Assembly: GCA_041663185.1 (NCBI GenBank) | Contig: JBAZQY010000002.1 | Location: 74,629 to 138,628, forward strand | Length of the DNA: 64,000 nt | From: Minisyncoccota bacterium | GTDB taxonomy: Bacteria; Patescibacteriota; Minisyncoccia; Phycocordibacterales; UBA9973 | Reading direction: 5' to 3' | Translations under genes and position numbers: made by a program | Part shown: positions 38,515-48,283 of the stretch, one piece after another | Numbering within the stretch: the stretch's first letter is position 1 | Layout: the number at the start of each line of letters is the position of its first letter | The notes under the pieces: generated by a model | Database searches by the model: none | Told to the model about the DNA's origin: nothing | The model's input: only the letters and a program-made list of their open reading frames with translations

Positions 38515-38668
38515 AGTTATTCGAACATCGTCCCAAGTTCGCCAGCCTGTAAAAGCTATGCTTTGGCATTTGCGGGTAGGTTTAATAGAAGTTCGAACCT
38601 GATTGATATTTTTTTTGAAAAGGAGTAAGGTAAAGAAAAAGTATTATAAACAACAAAAATTGAATACT

Positions 38669-39034
38669 ATGGTCACACTCGAAACCCCTATTGAAGAATT
38701 GGTTGAACGTTATACAAAAGATATATTGTATGATTGTCACTCAGTTGAAGCACGGATAGATCGCTCGCCAGCGAGAGTTTGTCTTCAATTAAAAGGGAAA
38801 GAAGCCCTTGATTACATTGCCAAGGAAATGGAATCCTTGTTCTCCTCAGGAGAGATTGATTATGATCTCTTTATGGCATACGTCAGACTAATTTGTGGGA
38901 TTATTGAAGAACACAATTTACCAGAAGCCCCATATCTTCCAAATGTGAAATATGGGAATCAAAATCCATTAATTTGGATTAATTATTGTAAAGCAAATGG
39001 TTGTTTAATCAACCCCCCCACGATGATCTGTTGA
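38669..39034 (+). CDS. Orphan hypothetical protein
   Basis: ATG after an A-rich leader; no recognised motifs. Confidence 0.5.
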   Translation: MVTLETPIEELVERYTKDILYDCHSVEARIDRSPARVCLQLKGKEALDYIAKEMESLFSSGEIDYDLFMAYVRLICGIIEEHNLPEAPYLPNVKYGNQNPLIWINYCKANGCLINPPTMIC

Positions 39035-39287
39035 TGGTAAATTTGGAGGGGATTGGAGATACTACATTTTCCAAACAAGATTTTTCGAAAGCAAAAGAGA
39101 CTTACGTCCCGTCTGATCCCGATTGTCAGACATGTTGATTTTATCTGGTATTTCAAAAAACTAGGCTGTTTGACTACTATTTTCAAACAGCTTTTTTTAT
39201 TTATCACTCATAATATACCTAGACCGATAATCAAATAATGTTATAATTAAATAGTAAAGGTCGTAGTTTAATTTACCTCTATATTTT

Positions 39288-39593
39288 ATGGTATTTATAT
39301 ATACAACATGTAAAAATATGGATGAGGCAAAAGGGCTCGGGGAATTAATTATCGAAAAAAAGATTGGTGCCTGTGTGGATTTCTGGCCAATTTCGTCTTG
39401 TTATAATTGGCAGGGTTCTATGACATGTGTCTCGCAAGCGATGCTTTTGATAACTACTTTTGAAGCAAAATTGGAAGAAGTTAATCAGATTATTTCCGAG
39501 CACCATACTTATAGTACCCCTCTTATTGCCGGAGTAGATGTCCGTCGAATTAATCACCCTTATAAAGAATGGATGATGGAAGTTATTGAATAA
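39288..39593 (+). CDS. cutA: Divalent-cation tolerance protein CutA
   Basis: IYTTC..EA..IEKKIGACV..SCYNWQG..HTYSTP..YKEW. Confidence 0.88.
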   Translation: MVFIYTTCKNMDEAKGLGELIIEKKIGACVDFWPISSCYNWQGSMTCVSQAMLLITTFEAKLEEVNQIISEHHTYSTPLIAGVDVRRINHPYKEWMMEVIE

Positions 39594-39596
39594 ATT

Positions 39597-40016
39597 ATGT
39601 CAAACAAAACTGTCGCAATTTTCGGCGTTTTTGATGGTGTGCACGAAGGCCATTTATTTTTTATAAAAGAAGCAAAAAAGCAGGGGAATCATCTTGTGGC
39701 AATTGTGGCGCGCGATAATATTGTAAAAGAATTGAAAGGGAAGTCACCTCGATATACTGAAGCCCAAAGAGTGAATGAACTTTTAAAAATTGAGGATATA
39801 GATTTAGTTTTGCTTGGAGACCCTAAGTTAGAAACATACCACGTCTTAAAAGAAGTTAATCCAAATATTATTTATCTTGGCTACGACCAAGAAGATTTAT
39901 TAGAGAATTTAAATAAAGTAGTAAAAAATGGAGATTTATCAGAGGTTGAAATTGTCTGCGGAGAATCGTACAATCCAGAAATTTTTCATTCTTCAATTTT
40001 GAATAAGAATAAGTAG
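39597..40016 (+). CDS. Cytidylyltransferase-family nucleotidyltransferase (archaeal-type FAD synthetase-like)
   Basis: GVFDGVHEGH (HxGH), VARD, LGYDQ, HSS. Confidence 0.8.
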   Translation: MSNKTVAIFGVFDGVHEGHLFFIKEAKKQGNHLVAIVARDNIVKELKGKSPRYTEAQRVNELLKIEDIDLVLLGDPKLETYHVLKEVNPNIIYLGYDQEDLLENLNKVVKNGDLSEVEIVCGESYNPEIFHSSILNKNK

Positions 40017-40126
40017 TATGGAAAATTAATTAAGAATTAATAATTACGAATTAAGAATTAGAATAAGTAGAAAATAGTAATTACCAACTCAAACCCATAG
40101 GATTGACTTGGTAAATAGAAAAAAAG

Positions 40127-41824
40127 ATGAAAGAAGAAACTAAACAATGTCAGAATTGTAAGAAAGAGTTCACGATTGAACCAGATGATTTTTCATTTTA
40201 CGAAAAAATTAAAGTTCCTCCACCGACTTGGTGTCCGGAATGCAGGATGATCAGACGTTTTAATTATAGGAATGAAAGTTTCTTGTTTCGAAGGAATGAT
40301 GCTCATTCGGGTAAAGAAATTTTTTCTGGATTTTCCCCTGAAGCAAAAGTGATTACATACGATAATAATTACTGGTTTGGTAATGAATGGGATCCATTAG
40401 AAAATGGATTTGATTATGATTTTTCTCGCCCGTTTTTTCAACAATTCGAAGAACTTACTTCGCGTGCTCCTTATCCAGCTCGTTCTAGTCTAAATATGAC
40501 GAATTCAGATTATTGTAATGAAATAAGTTATACGAAAAATAGTTACTTGTGTTTTAATAGTGACTATTTGGAAAATTGTGCATATTTAAGGAAGGTTAAT
40601 CGTTCGCAAGATTGCTTCGATTCTTATGAAGGGACTGAAAATGAACTTTGTTATGAGGATGTTATGGTAGATAAATGTTATAAAACATTTTTTTCTCTTG
40701 ATTGTGAAAGTTGTGTTGATGTTTGGTTCTCAAAAGGATTAAGGGGGTGTACTAATTGTTTTGGATGCGTAAATCTAATAAATAAAACTTATTACTATTT
40801 TAATGAGCAGTGTACAAGAGAAGAATATTTATCTAAGTTTAAAAATGAATTTTACGGCTCTTATAATTCTTTGCAGAATATTATAAAAAAAACAAGAGAA
40901 TTTTGGAACAAATTTCCAGTAAGGTATGTTCGAGGGCTTCGCGCCATCAATTCAACGGGTGAGCGTATTTTTGATTCAAGAAATGTGAAAAATAGTTATT
41001 CAGTTAGAAATTCCGAAAATTTAAAATTTTGTCAGGATATTCAATTAAAGGCTGCTAATTCATATGATCTCACTGTTTGGGGAGACGGAGCAGAAAATAT
41101 TTACGAATGCGTGACTTGTGGAATGGGTAGTTATAATTTAAAATTTTGTTTTAATTGTTGGCAAGAAGTTCAAAATTTGGAGTATTGTTCATATTGTATT
41201 GGTTCTAAAAATTGTTTTGGTTGTGCTGGTTTATACAAAAAGGAATATTGTATTTTAAATAAACAATACACAAAAGAAGAGTATAATGAATTAATTCCGA
41301 AAATAATAAACCAAATGAATGAAATGCCGTACGTAGATAAAGTTGGGCGAGTTTATAAATATGGCGAATTCTTTCCTTTTGAAATTTCACAAGTCGCTTA
41401 TAATGAAAGTATAGCTCAAGACTTTTTTCCTCTGGACTCAAAAACTGCCCTAGAAAATGGTTATATATGGTGGGATATAAATAGACGTGAATATAAAACT
41501 ACAATTGATGCTATTAGTTTACCAGACGATATTAAAAGCACAGACGAAGATATTACTTACGAAATTATAAAATGTAAAAATTGTAGTAAGGCATACAAAA
41601 TTGTAAAAATGGAACTACAGTTTTATCAACGTTTTCTTTTGCCCTTACCACGTATGTGTCAGGACTGTCGTTTTACAGAGCGTTTTAAATTAGTAAATCC
41701 TCCAAAACTTTGGCACAGGAAATGTATGAAAGAAGGTTGTCAAAATGAATTCGAGACATCATATGCTCCCGACCGACCGGAAATAGTATATTGTGAAAAA
41801 TGTTATCAGCAGGAAGTGTATTAG
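40127..41824 (+). CDS. Large Cys-rich protein with N- and C-terminal Zn-ribbon motifs (CPR-type hypothetical)
   Basis: CQNC..CPEC N-terminus, repeated NCFGC motifs, YKYGEFFP, C-terminal VYCEKCYQQEVY. Confidence 0.75.
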   Translation: MKEETKQCQNCKKEFTIEPDDFSFYEKIKVPPPTWCPECRMIRRFNYRNESFLFRRNDAHSGKEIFSGFSPEAKVITYDNNYWFGNEWDPLENGFDYDFSRPFFQQFEELTSRAPYPARSSLNMTNSDYCNEISYTKNSYLCFNSDYLENCAYLRKVNRSQDCFDSYEGTENELCYEDVMVDKCYKTFFSLDCESCVDVWFSKGLRGCTNCFGCVNLINKTYYYFNEQCTREEYLSKFKNEFYGSYNSLQNIIKKTREFWNKFPVRYVRGLRAINSTGERIFDSRNVKNSYSVRNSENLKFCQDIQLKAANSYDLTVWGDGAENIYECVTCGMGSYNLKFCFNCWQEVQNLEYCSYCIGSKNCFGCAGLYKKEYCILNKQYTKEEYNELIPKIINQMNEMPYVDKVGRVYKYGEFFPFEISQVAYNESIAQDFFPLDSKTALENGYIWWDINRREYKTTIDAISLPDDIKSTDEDITYEIIKCKNCSKAYKIVKMELQFYQRFLLPLPRMCQDCRFTERFKLVNPPKLWHRKCMKEGCQNEFETSYAPDRPEIVYCEKCYQQEVY

Positions 41825-42041
41825 ATTGGCATATAACCATTTCTGACGATCGTCTGAAAAGGTTAAAAGTTACAGTAAAGATGAGATTAGTTAAAGGTCA
41901 TCTTTGACCCTAGGCTTATTTGACTAAATAAGTAATTAATGCTATTTTGTAAATAAAGATGGTTTCTTGATAATGGTTTTATTGGTGACCACAGAAGATA
42001 TAAAGTTGTCTTTTATGGTCACTAATTAAAACCAAAAAATC

Positions 42042-42449
42042 ATGAAAAAAATAATAATTATCGAGGACGATCCAATTGTCGTTTCGAATATCGAAAAAGC
42101 GTTTAAGGAAAAAACTGATACAGAAATTATTTCTTTTTATCCAAGCATTTCGACGTATCCTTGCGAGGAAGAAGTTCGTAACCAACTTAAAAAGGTTTGC
42201 CAGGAGAATATTTTTGACTTTGCCTTACTTGATTATGGACTATGGAACAAACTAACGGGGGTGATTTTTGTTGATATATTAAAAAATACCCAGATTCCAT
42301 TTGTTACTTTTTCAAGTTATGATGAGCACAATGATGAACTTATGGAGCTAGGTGCTATTTATGAAATAAATAAAAAATCGCTTTTCCGGTTTGGTCTTGA
42401 TAGAAAAAGACTATTTAGTGAAATAGAAAAAATTTATTCCTTAATTTAA
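42042..42449 (+). CDS. Stand-alone response-regulator receiver domain in its own promoter-terminator unit
   Basis: IIIIEDD, ALLDYGL, TFSS, INKK; TTGACT(41920)-N17-TATTTT upstream; gtggccagtg/cactggccac terminator. Confidence 0.75.
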   Translation: MKKIIIIEDDPIVVSNIEKAFKEKTDTEIISFYPSISTYPCEEEVRNQLKKVCQENIFDFALLDYGLWNKLTGVIFVDILKNTQIPFVTFSSYDEHNDELMELGAIYEINKKSLFRFGLDRKRLFSEIEKIYSLI

Positions 42450-42580
42450 GGAACTGTGGCCAGTGTTTTACACTGGCCACTTTGAATATTTTATACCTTA
42501 CTAGCTAAAATTCACTATTAGATGCTATAAGTAGAAGATTTTAAGGAAGTGAATAATAGACAGGAAGTGTATTAAAATTA

Positions 42581-42622
42581 TCAGTGGTAAAAAATCCACG
42601 GCCGTGGATTTTTTACCACTGA
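42581..42622. repeat. Perfect 42-nt intergenic palindrome
   Basis: tcagtggtaaaaaatccacgg|ccgtggattttttaccactga. Confidence 0.85.
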
Positions 42623-42750
42623 AAAGTAAATGAGTAAGGCAAGACCTTGCTCACTCGAAAATTATGGAATACAAATTATTTAAAATCCCTATCGTAATCC
42701 CTAGTCATTTCCCTAGGGATTATTAATTTTATAAAAATAAAAACCCTGGC

Positions 42751-43401
42751 TTATGGTGCAGGGCTTTTTGTTCTCTTTTTTAGGAGTTTTCTTATTAGTG
42801 GTATTATGTCAACCACTGTTTGGGTTCCAAGGGCGATAGGGAACAAGTGCTCTTCGGTTATGTATTCATTTAAAACACTTTTTTCAAATGTTAAAGAAAA
42901 AATACAGCCCAAAATAAAAAATGAATAGCCAATGATGTAGATAGGCCTTGGTTTTTTCCAACTTTCTTTTGTAAGTGGCCAACCGGCTATAACTTGAGCA
43001 ATTACCCCAAGGGTAATCACCAAATTTTTATCTTTAACAATTGGTTTTTCTCCATATTCTGACAAAGCCCAGAGAAGGAAAGTAACAATTACTAAAAATA
43101 AACTTATCATTTCATTTTTACCCCACCTTACCTTTTTTACCTTGAAGAATAAATAACCAGAGATTACCAATGATCCTCCTGACGATGCCATCAGTAAAAT
43201 AAATGGTGCTCGTCCTCCCTGCTCCAGGGTTGGAATTATAAGGGCAATATCAAGTAATAACCAAAGTATCCAGCTACAGAAACTTTGACCTTCACCCTTT
43301 TCTTTTATTATCCCCAAAAGTATGAAAATGTACGTAAGAACTCCTAATAGGATTAACAGTCAGTCATGACCAGTTAACCCCCAAAAAACTTGAAAAAACA
43401 T
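42751..43401 (-). pseudogene. Multi-TM membrane protein with an in-frame TGA at codon 14
   Basis: SD AAGGAGGT and ATG 43401 give MFFQVFWGLTGHD*LLILLGVLTYIFILLGIIKEKG.., in frame with the 42751-43317 ORF. Confidence 0.7.
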
Positions 43402-43512
43402 ATTACCTCCTTTGTTTACTTTTAATTTACTCCTTTAATTATTTGTGGTCAAGTTAAAAGGGGTAATTTATTTGCTTGTGGTTGCTATTTACTGTTATAA
43501 TGCAAGTAATCT

Positions 43513-45807
43513 ATGGACAACGAAATTCCACACAATCGAGACGTCACTTATTTTGGAAAGACGAACTTTCGAAATAGCGATGACATCTTTGGAATAAAAC
43601 GTAAAGACCGTCGCCAGCACATGTACGTACTCGGAAAATCTGGTACTGGTAAATCTGTGCTCTTATCTAATCTTATTGTTCAGAATATTCAAAATGGAGA
43701 AGGTGTTTGTGTGGTTGACCCGCACGGAGAATTGGTGGAAGAGATTCTTCACCTTATCCCTGACTATCGAGCAAAAGATGTAATTTATTTTAATCCGGCT
43801 GATGCGGATTTTCACATTGGCTTTAATGTTATACAACTCGATGACCCAAAGTATAAGCACTTGGTAGCTTCAGGGTTGATGGGAATTTTCACGAAAATTT
43901 GGGCTAACGCTTGGAGTTCTCGTATGGAATACATTTTGAATAATGCAATTTTAGCGCTCCTTGATACTCCCGGAACGACGCTTTTGGGAATTCCAAGGTT
44001 GCTTGTGGACAAAGATTATCGTCAAATGATAATTGGTAATTTGAAAGATCCTGTTGTCAAAGCTTTTTGGGTTCACGAGTATGAACAGTGGCGTGATCAA
44101 TTCAGAAATGAAGCGATCGCTCCGATTCAAAACAAAGTTGGACAATTCCTCTCGACTTCGATTATTCGTAACGTCGTCGGTCAACAGAAATCGACCATTG
44201 ATATTTTTAAAATAATGAATGAGGGTAAAATTTTCCTTGTGAACGTTTCAAAGGGGCGTATCGGTGAAGATAACTCGGCACTTTTGGGAGGAATGATTAT
44301 TACCAAAATTCAGCTTGCGGCGATGGAGCGTGTCCGAATTCCAGAAGACGAAAGAAAAGACTTCTATCTATATGTCGACGAATTTCAGAACTTTGCGACT
44401 GACTCGTTTGCAAACATTTTATCTGAAGCTCGTAAGTATCGTCTCAATCTTACTATTGCTCACCAATATACAGCTCAACTTGAGAATAAAGACGGGTCAA
44501 AAGTTCGTGACGCGGTTTTTGGTAACGTTGGAACGATGATAATATTCCGCGTGGGTGCTGATGATGCCGAATTTTTAGAAAAAGAGTTTGAGCCAGAATT
44601 TACTGCTCAGGATTTAGTGAACTTACCAAACTTTCATATCTATCTAAAATTAATGATTGACGGGATTACTAGTCGGCCATTTTCGGCATCGACCCTACCA
44701 CCCATAAAAGTAGATTTATCAAAAGGAATTAAAGACAAAATTATAGAATCATCTCGTAAGCTTTATACTCGTTCGAGAGAAGTAGTTGAGGGTGAAATTA
44801 CAAAATGGAGTGGTATGCTCCAAATGACTGACGGGGAATCAAAATATAAAGCAACTTGTTCCAACTGTAAACAAGAGACGATGGTACCCTTTGAACCCAA
44901 AGAAGGTCGCCCCGTATATTGTAAAGATTGTATGTTCAAAATTAAAAATGGCGAACTTAATCCTGGGCAGGGATTTGTGGCTTCTCGTTCTGCAGGCCAG
45001 ACAGAAAAAGCTTCGACGGAACCGTTAGCTCTTTTAGGAATTGAATTCAAATCAACAACAGGTCCTGGTGGCGCAGGGACTCGGTCATCTACCCCTAGTG
45101 ATTCAGGGAGCTTTTCAAAAGGTTCTGAACAAACATATCAAAAACCAGACTATTCTAATAAAAAAGATTATCAAAATAAACCGAATTATTCTAATAGACC
45201 CAATAATGGGAACAAGCCGAATTTTCCAGAGAGAAAAAAACATGCTGGCCCGTCGCCACTTTTGAAAGGGTTATTAGAAAAAATTGGAATGGGTAAAAAT
45301 GAGGAAGACCAGAAGGGAAATTTAAAAGTAGAAGAAGTTAAAATTCCGACACCCGCTCCGATGTCTTTGTCTAGTTTAAAAAGAAATAATAATGGAACCC
45401 CTCAAGTACCAGCTACACCACCAGTCACAAAGGAAGCTTCCGAGGAGAATAAGGCATCACTTAAAGATGTATTAGCAAGAGTGACGAATAATGTTCCCCC
45501 TAAACAAGAGGAAGTTAAACCAGAACCTGTTGTAAAAAAACCCCCTTCCGTACAAGGTTCTATCGAGGCCAAGGAAGAGCCCAAAGTGGAAGAAATAAAG
45601 AAAGAAGAAGTAAGGCCAGAACCTGTGATACAACCTGAAATTAAAATCGAGGAGGCAAAGCCTGCTTCCACACAAAGCTCCAGCGATGCAAAGCCCGCCT
45701 CCGCCTTAAGCTATAGTGAGGCGAAGGGAGACAAAGATGATTCTTGGCAGAAACCTAAAGCAAAAAAAGAAGTCCCTGAAGATGTTTTACGTAAATTATT
45801 AGAGTAA
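43513..45807 (+). CDS. Second VirD4/TraG-like ATPase with a CxxC-x17-CxxC domain and low-complexity tail
   Basis: HMYVLGKSGTGKS, VDPHGE, YVDEFQN, SEARKY; CSNC..VPFEP..RPVYCKDC. Confidence 0.88.
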   Translation: MDNEIPHNRDVTYFGKTNFRNSDDIFGIKRKDRRQHMYVLGKSGTGKSVLLSNLIVQNIQNGEGVCVVDPHGELVEEILHLIPDYRAKDVIYFNPADADFHIGFNVIQLDDPKYKHLVASGLMGIFTKIWANAWSSRMEYILNNAILALLDTPGTTLLGIPRLLVDKDYRQMIIGNLKDPVVKAFWVHEYEQWRDQFRNEAIAPIQNKVGQFLSTSIIRNVVGQQKSTIDIFKIMNEGKIFLVNVSKGRIGEDNSALLGGMIITKIQLAAMERVRIPEDERKDFYLYVDEFQNFATDSFANILSEARKYRLNLTIAHQYTAQLENKDGSKVRDAVFGNVGTMIIFRVGADDAEFLEKEFEPEFTAQDLVNLPNFHIYLKLMIDGITSRPFSASTLPPIKVDLSKGIKDKIIESSRKLYTRSREVVEGEITKWSGMLQMTDGESKYKATCSNCKQETMVPFEPKEGRPVYCKDCMFKIKNGELNPGQGFVASRSAGQTEKASTEPLALLGIEFKSTTGPGGAGTRSSTPSDSGSFSKGSEQTYQKPDYSNKKDYQNKPNYSNRPNNGNKPNFPERKKHAGPSPLLKGLLEKIGMGKNEEDQKGNLKVEEVKIPTPAPMSLSSLKRNNNGTPQVPATPPVTKEASEENKASLKDVLARVTNNVPPKQEEVKPEPVVKKPPSVQGSIEAKEEPKVEEIKKEEVRPEPVIQPEIKIEEAKPASTQSSSDAKPASALSYSEAKGDKDDSWQKPKAKKEVPEDVLRKLLE

Positions 45808-45819
45808 ATTTAATTTTTT

Positions 45820-47202
45820 ATGAATATAGATAAATTAAAATCCTACATTATTTTTGTCGCGGTGTTTTTCTCTTGGGTAAGTTTTGCTAGTGCTAATTTA
45901 GAAATTTCTAATATAATGTATGACCCAGAAGGGGCCGATACTAATCGTGAGTGGGTAGAATTATATAATAATGGGAATGAAAGTATTACAATAGTGTCGG
46001 GTAAATCTGGTTCGGCTTGGCGCTTGGGAGATGGTCCGACAGGAGAAACACTTCACTATATTAATGATACCTTAACAATAGCACCTGGTGAATCTGCTAT
46101 CTTAGCCAGTGATAAAGATACTTATCTTTCAGAATATTCATACTCTGGAGAAGTTGCAGATACTTCAATGTCCCTAAATAATACAAGTGGTATTGTGACA
46201 ATCTGGGATGGATCAGATCCTAGAAATGTAATAGTTTCAAAATCATACAGTTCAAGTGATACAGGAGAGAGTGAAGAAGTAGCTAGTGGGGATGAAAATA
46301 ATACAAATGATGCTAAAGATGACTTAGAGCCCACACAGGATAATTCAACTATTCTTAAAATAACAACGAAAATTATTTCACCCAAGATTGTTGTTGCTCG
46401 AACGCCGTTCTCTTTTAATTCATTAACTACAACGAATAGGGGACAAACTTATGCAACGGGGAAATGGGTTTGGAATTTTGGTGATGGGATGACAAGCCAA
46501 GTTATTGAAACTGGACCATTTGCTTATGTATATGAATATCCTGGTGAGTATGCTTTAACCTTGTCATATTTTGATAATAGTTTCACTTTGGTACCAGACG
46601 CCACAGATAAAATTATTATTAAAGTTATAGAATCGGAAGTTTATATAAGTGCAGTTGGAGATAATGGTGACCCATTTGTTGAAATTGAAAATCAATCAAA
46701 ATACGAAGTAGATCTTTCTGGTTGGATTGTCACAGCTGGGACACATTATTTCAAGATTCCTGAGGGGACAATACTCTTACCAGATAAAAAAATAAAACTT
46801 TCACCCAAGATTACCGGGTTTACTTCTTTTGATTTAGCCTCAATTGTGATTACAAATCCAAATAAATTTGTAATTGCGACTTACCCAGTTCAGATAAAAC
46901 AATTTAAGGTAGATAAAATTGATACAAATGGAACAACTCCTGAATCAGACAAAGTTTATATCAATAATAAAGCTTCTGAAAATTCTCCATCAGATGATTC
47001 AGAAATCATAAATCTAAATGATCTGGGAGCAAGCGCGTCTGGGGCAAAAGTTAATATTTCAAAAACTGTTTACTCACTTGTGGGGCTTTTGCTTATAATT
47101 GGTCTAGGAGTCACTAGTTTTTTGTTAATAAAAAAGAAAAACAACACCCCTGATTATGTAGAAAAACAAATCCGTGCTGAAGATATGACGATAATTGAAT
47201 AA
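45820..47202 (+). CDS. Surface protein: lamin-tail domains plus PKD, C-terminal TM anchor
   Basis: Signal peptide; ISNIMYDP..EWVELYN (LTD), WNFGDG..YPGEY (PKD), FVEIEN..VDLSGW. Confidence 0.82.
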   Translation: MNIDKLKSYIIFVAVFFSWVSFASANLEISNIMYDPEGADTNREWVELYNNGNESITIVSGKSGSAWRLGDGPTGETLHYINDTLTIAPGESAILASDKDTYLSEYSYSGEVADTSMSLNNTSGIVTIWDGSDPRNVIVSKSYSSSDTGESEEVASGDENNTNDAKDDLEPTQDNSTILKITTKIISPKIVVARTPFSFNSLTTTNRGQTYATGKWVWNFGDGMTSQVIETGPFAYVYEYPGEYALTLSYFDNSFTLVPDATDKIIIKVIESEVYISAVGDNGDPFVEIENQSKYEVDLSGWIVTAGTHYFKIPEGTILLPDKKIKLSPKITGFTSFDLASIVITNPNKFVIATYPVQIKQFKVDKIDTNGTTPESDKVYINNKASENSPSDDSEIINLNDLGASASGAKVNISKTVYSLVGLLLIIGLGVTSFLLIKKKNNTPDYVEKQIRAEDMTIIE

Positions 47203-47213
47203 AGCAGGAGACG

Positions 47214-47301
47214 AAAACGGAGCAGAAATTTGAAAATTATTCGCGCTTTACCCTAAAGGGCTCCGACACGACTCATAATTTTCAAATTTCTGCTCCGTTT
47301 T
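47214..47301 (+). repeat. Hairpin element family A, between convergent genes
   Basis: Perfect 27-bp arms; core tcgcgctttaccctaaagggctccgacacgactc. Confidence 0.93.
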
Positions 47302-47879
47302 TAACCTATTTTTTCTAACGCTTTTGGAATTTTTTTGAAATCTTTTATTAGTGTTTCTCTCATTCCGCCATTATACAAAGCGGCGGCGGGATGATATAAG
47401 GGAAGGAACGCTTGTTTGCCGAGTTCTGGGGTGGTTTTTATCAAAAGTTTACCGTGAATGTCGGATATTTTTTCAGTAGGAAAGAATCTAGTCATTGAAT
47501 GTCGGCCAAGAAAAACAATTAATTTGGGAGAAATTATTTTTAATTCATTTATAAGCCATTCGTTGCAGGCTTCTTTTTCTTCAGGTTCAGGGTCACGATT
47601 GTTTGGTGGACGATATTTTACAATATTTGTGACATAAATATCTTCACGTTTTTTTCCGATACCCATTAGCATTTCTTCTAGAAACTTTCCGGCGGATCCG
47701 ACAAATGGAATTCCTTTTAGGTCTTCATTTTTACCCGGCGCTTCACCAATAAAAACAATTTCGCTTTCTGCATTTCCGTTGCCAAAAACAGCCTGGGTGG
47801 CTGTTTTTCTCAATCCACACTCGCAATTCTCCTGCCAATACTTATTTAATTCGTCTAATTTTTCACGTTTTGATAGCAT
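47301..47879 (-). CDS. Uracil-DNA glycosylase family 4
   Basis: IGEAPG, PFVGSAG, TNIVKYRPPNNRDP, YHPAA. Confidence 0.92.
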   Translation of the reverse strand: MLSKREKLDELNKYWQENCECGLRKTATQAVFGNGNAESEIVFIGEAPGKNEDLKGIPFVGSAGKFLEEMLMGIGKKREDIYVTNIVKYRPPNNRDPEPEEKEACNEWLINELKIISPKLIVFLGRHSMTRFFPTEKISDIHGKLLIKTTPELGKQAFLPLYHPAAALYNGGMRETLIKDFKKIPKALEKIG

Positions 47880-47914
47880 GGTGTTATTTTAGCATTTTAA
47901 GTATAAGTAGTATA

Positions 47915-47954
47915 ACCCCGTAGTGAATTTTTGAAAAAAAATCTACTACGGGGT
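47915..47954. repeat. Inverted repeat accccgtagt/actacggggt
   Basis: Perfect 10-bp arms with ends like the 15043 hairpin. Confidence 0.7.
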
Positions 47955-47993
47955 ATAATAACGAAAAACAAACAAATATAGGAGGCAAAAAAT

Positions 47994-48242
47994 ATGCGTC
48001 AGATAAGAACATATAGACATAAAGCCCGAACTTACCATTGGTGTTGTCTATGCACAAGACAGATTGCTCCCGGGGACATTTACGCAGGAAACGTGATGGT
48101 TATAAACAACAAATTATTTGTCCACAAGGAACATGTTGACCCATGTTGTAACCCACCTGAAGAAGAATTTCTTAGTTCTATGAATGAGAAAGAAGGGAAA
48201 GAGGTGTTAATGGAACAACAATCTCAAAAAGTAGCGGCTTAA
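47994..48242 (+). CDS. Small Cys/His-rich orphan protein
   Basis: GGAGG SD upstream; CCLC..I.PGD.Y..H..CC; terminator-like hairpin downstream. Confidence 0.6.
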   Translation: MRQIRTYRHKARTYHWCCLCTRQIAPGDIYAGNVMVINNKLFVHKEHVDPCCNPPEEEFLSSMNEKEGKEVLMEQQSQKVAA

Positions 48243-48283
48243 TTAAAAACTACCAGGTAAGATCTAGTAGTTTTTTTAATTTC

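Noticed and set aside
40127-41824. Cys-rich protein as a DGR target
   Set aside because: No reverse transcriptase and no template repeat with adenine-specific differences; the duplicated 3' end is only 14 bp.
35553-45807. Two VirD4-like genes as a conjugative element
   Set aside because: No relaxase, VirB4 or mating-pair genes nearby; stand-alone paralogs are common in Patescibacteria.
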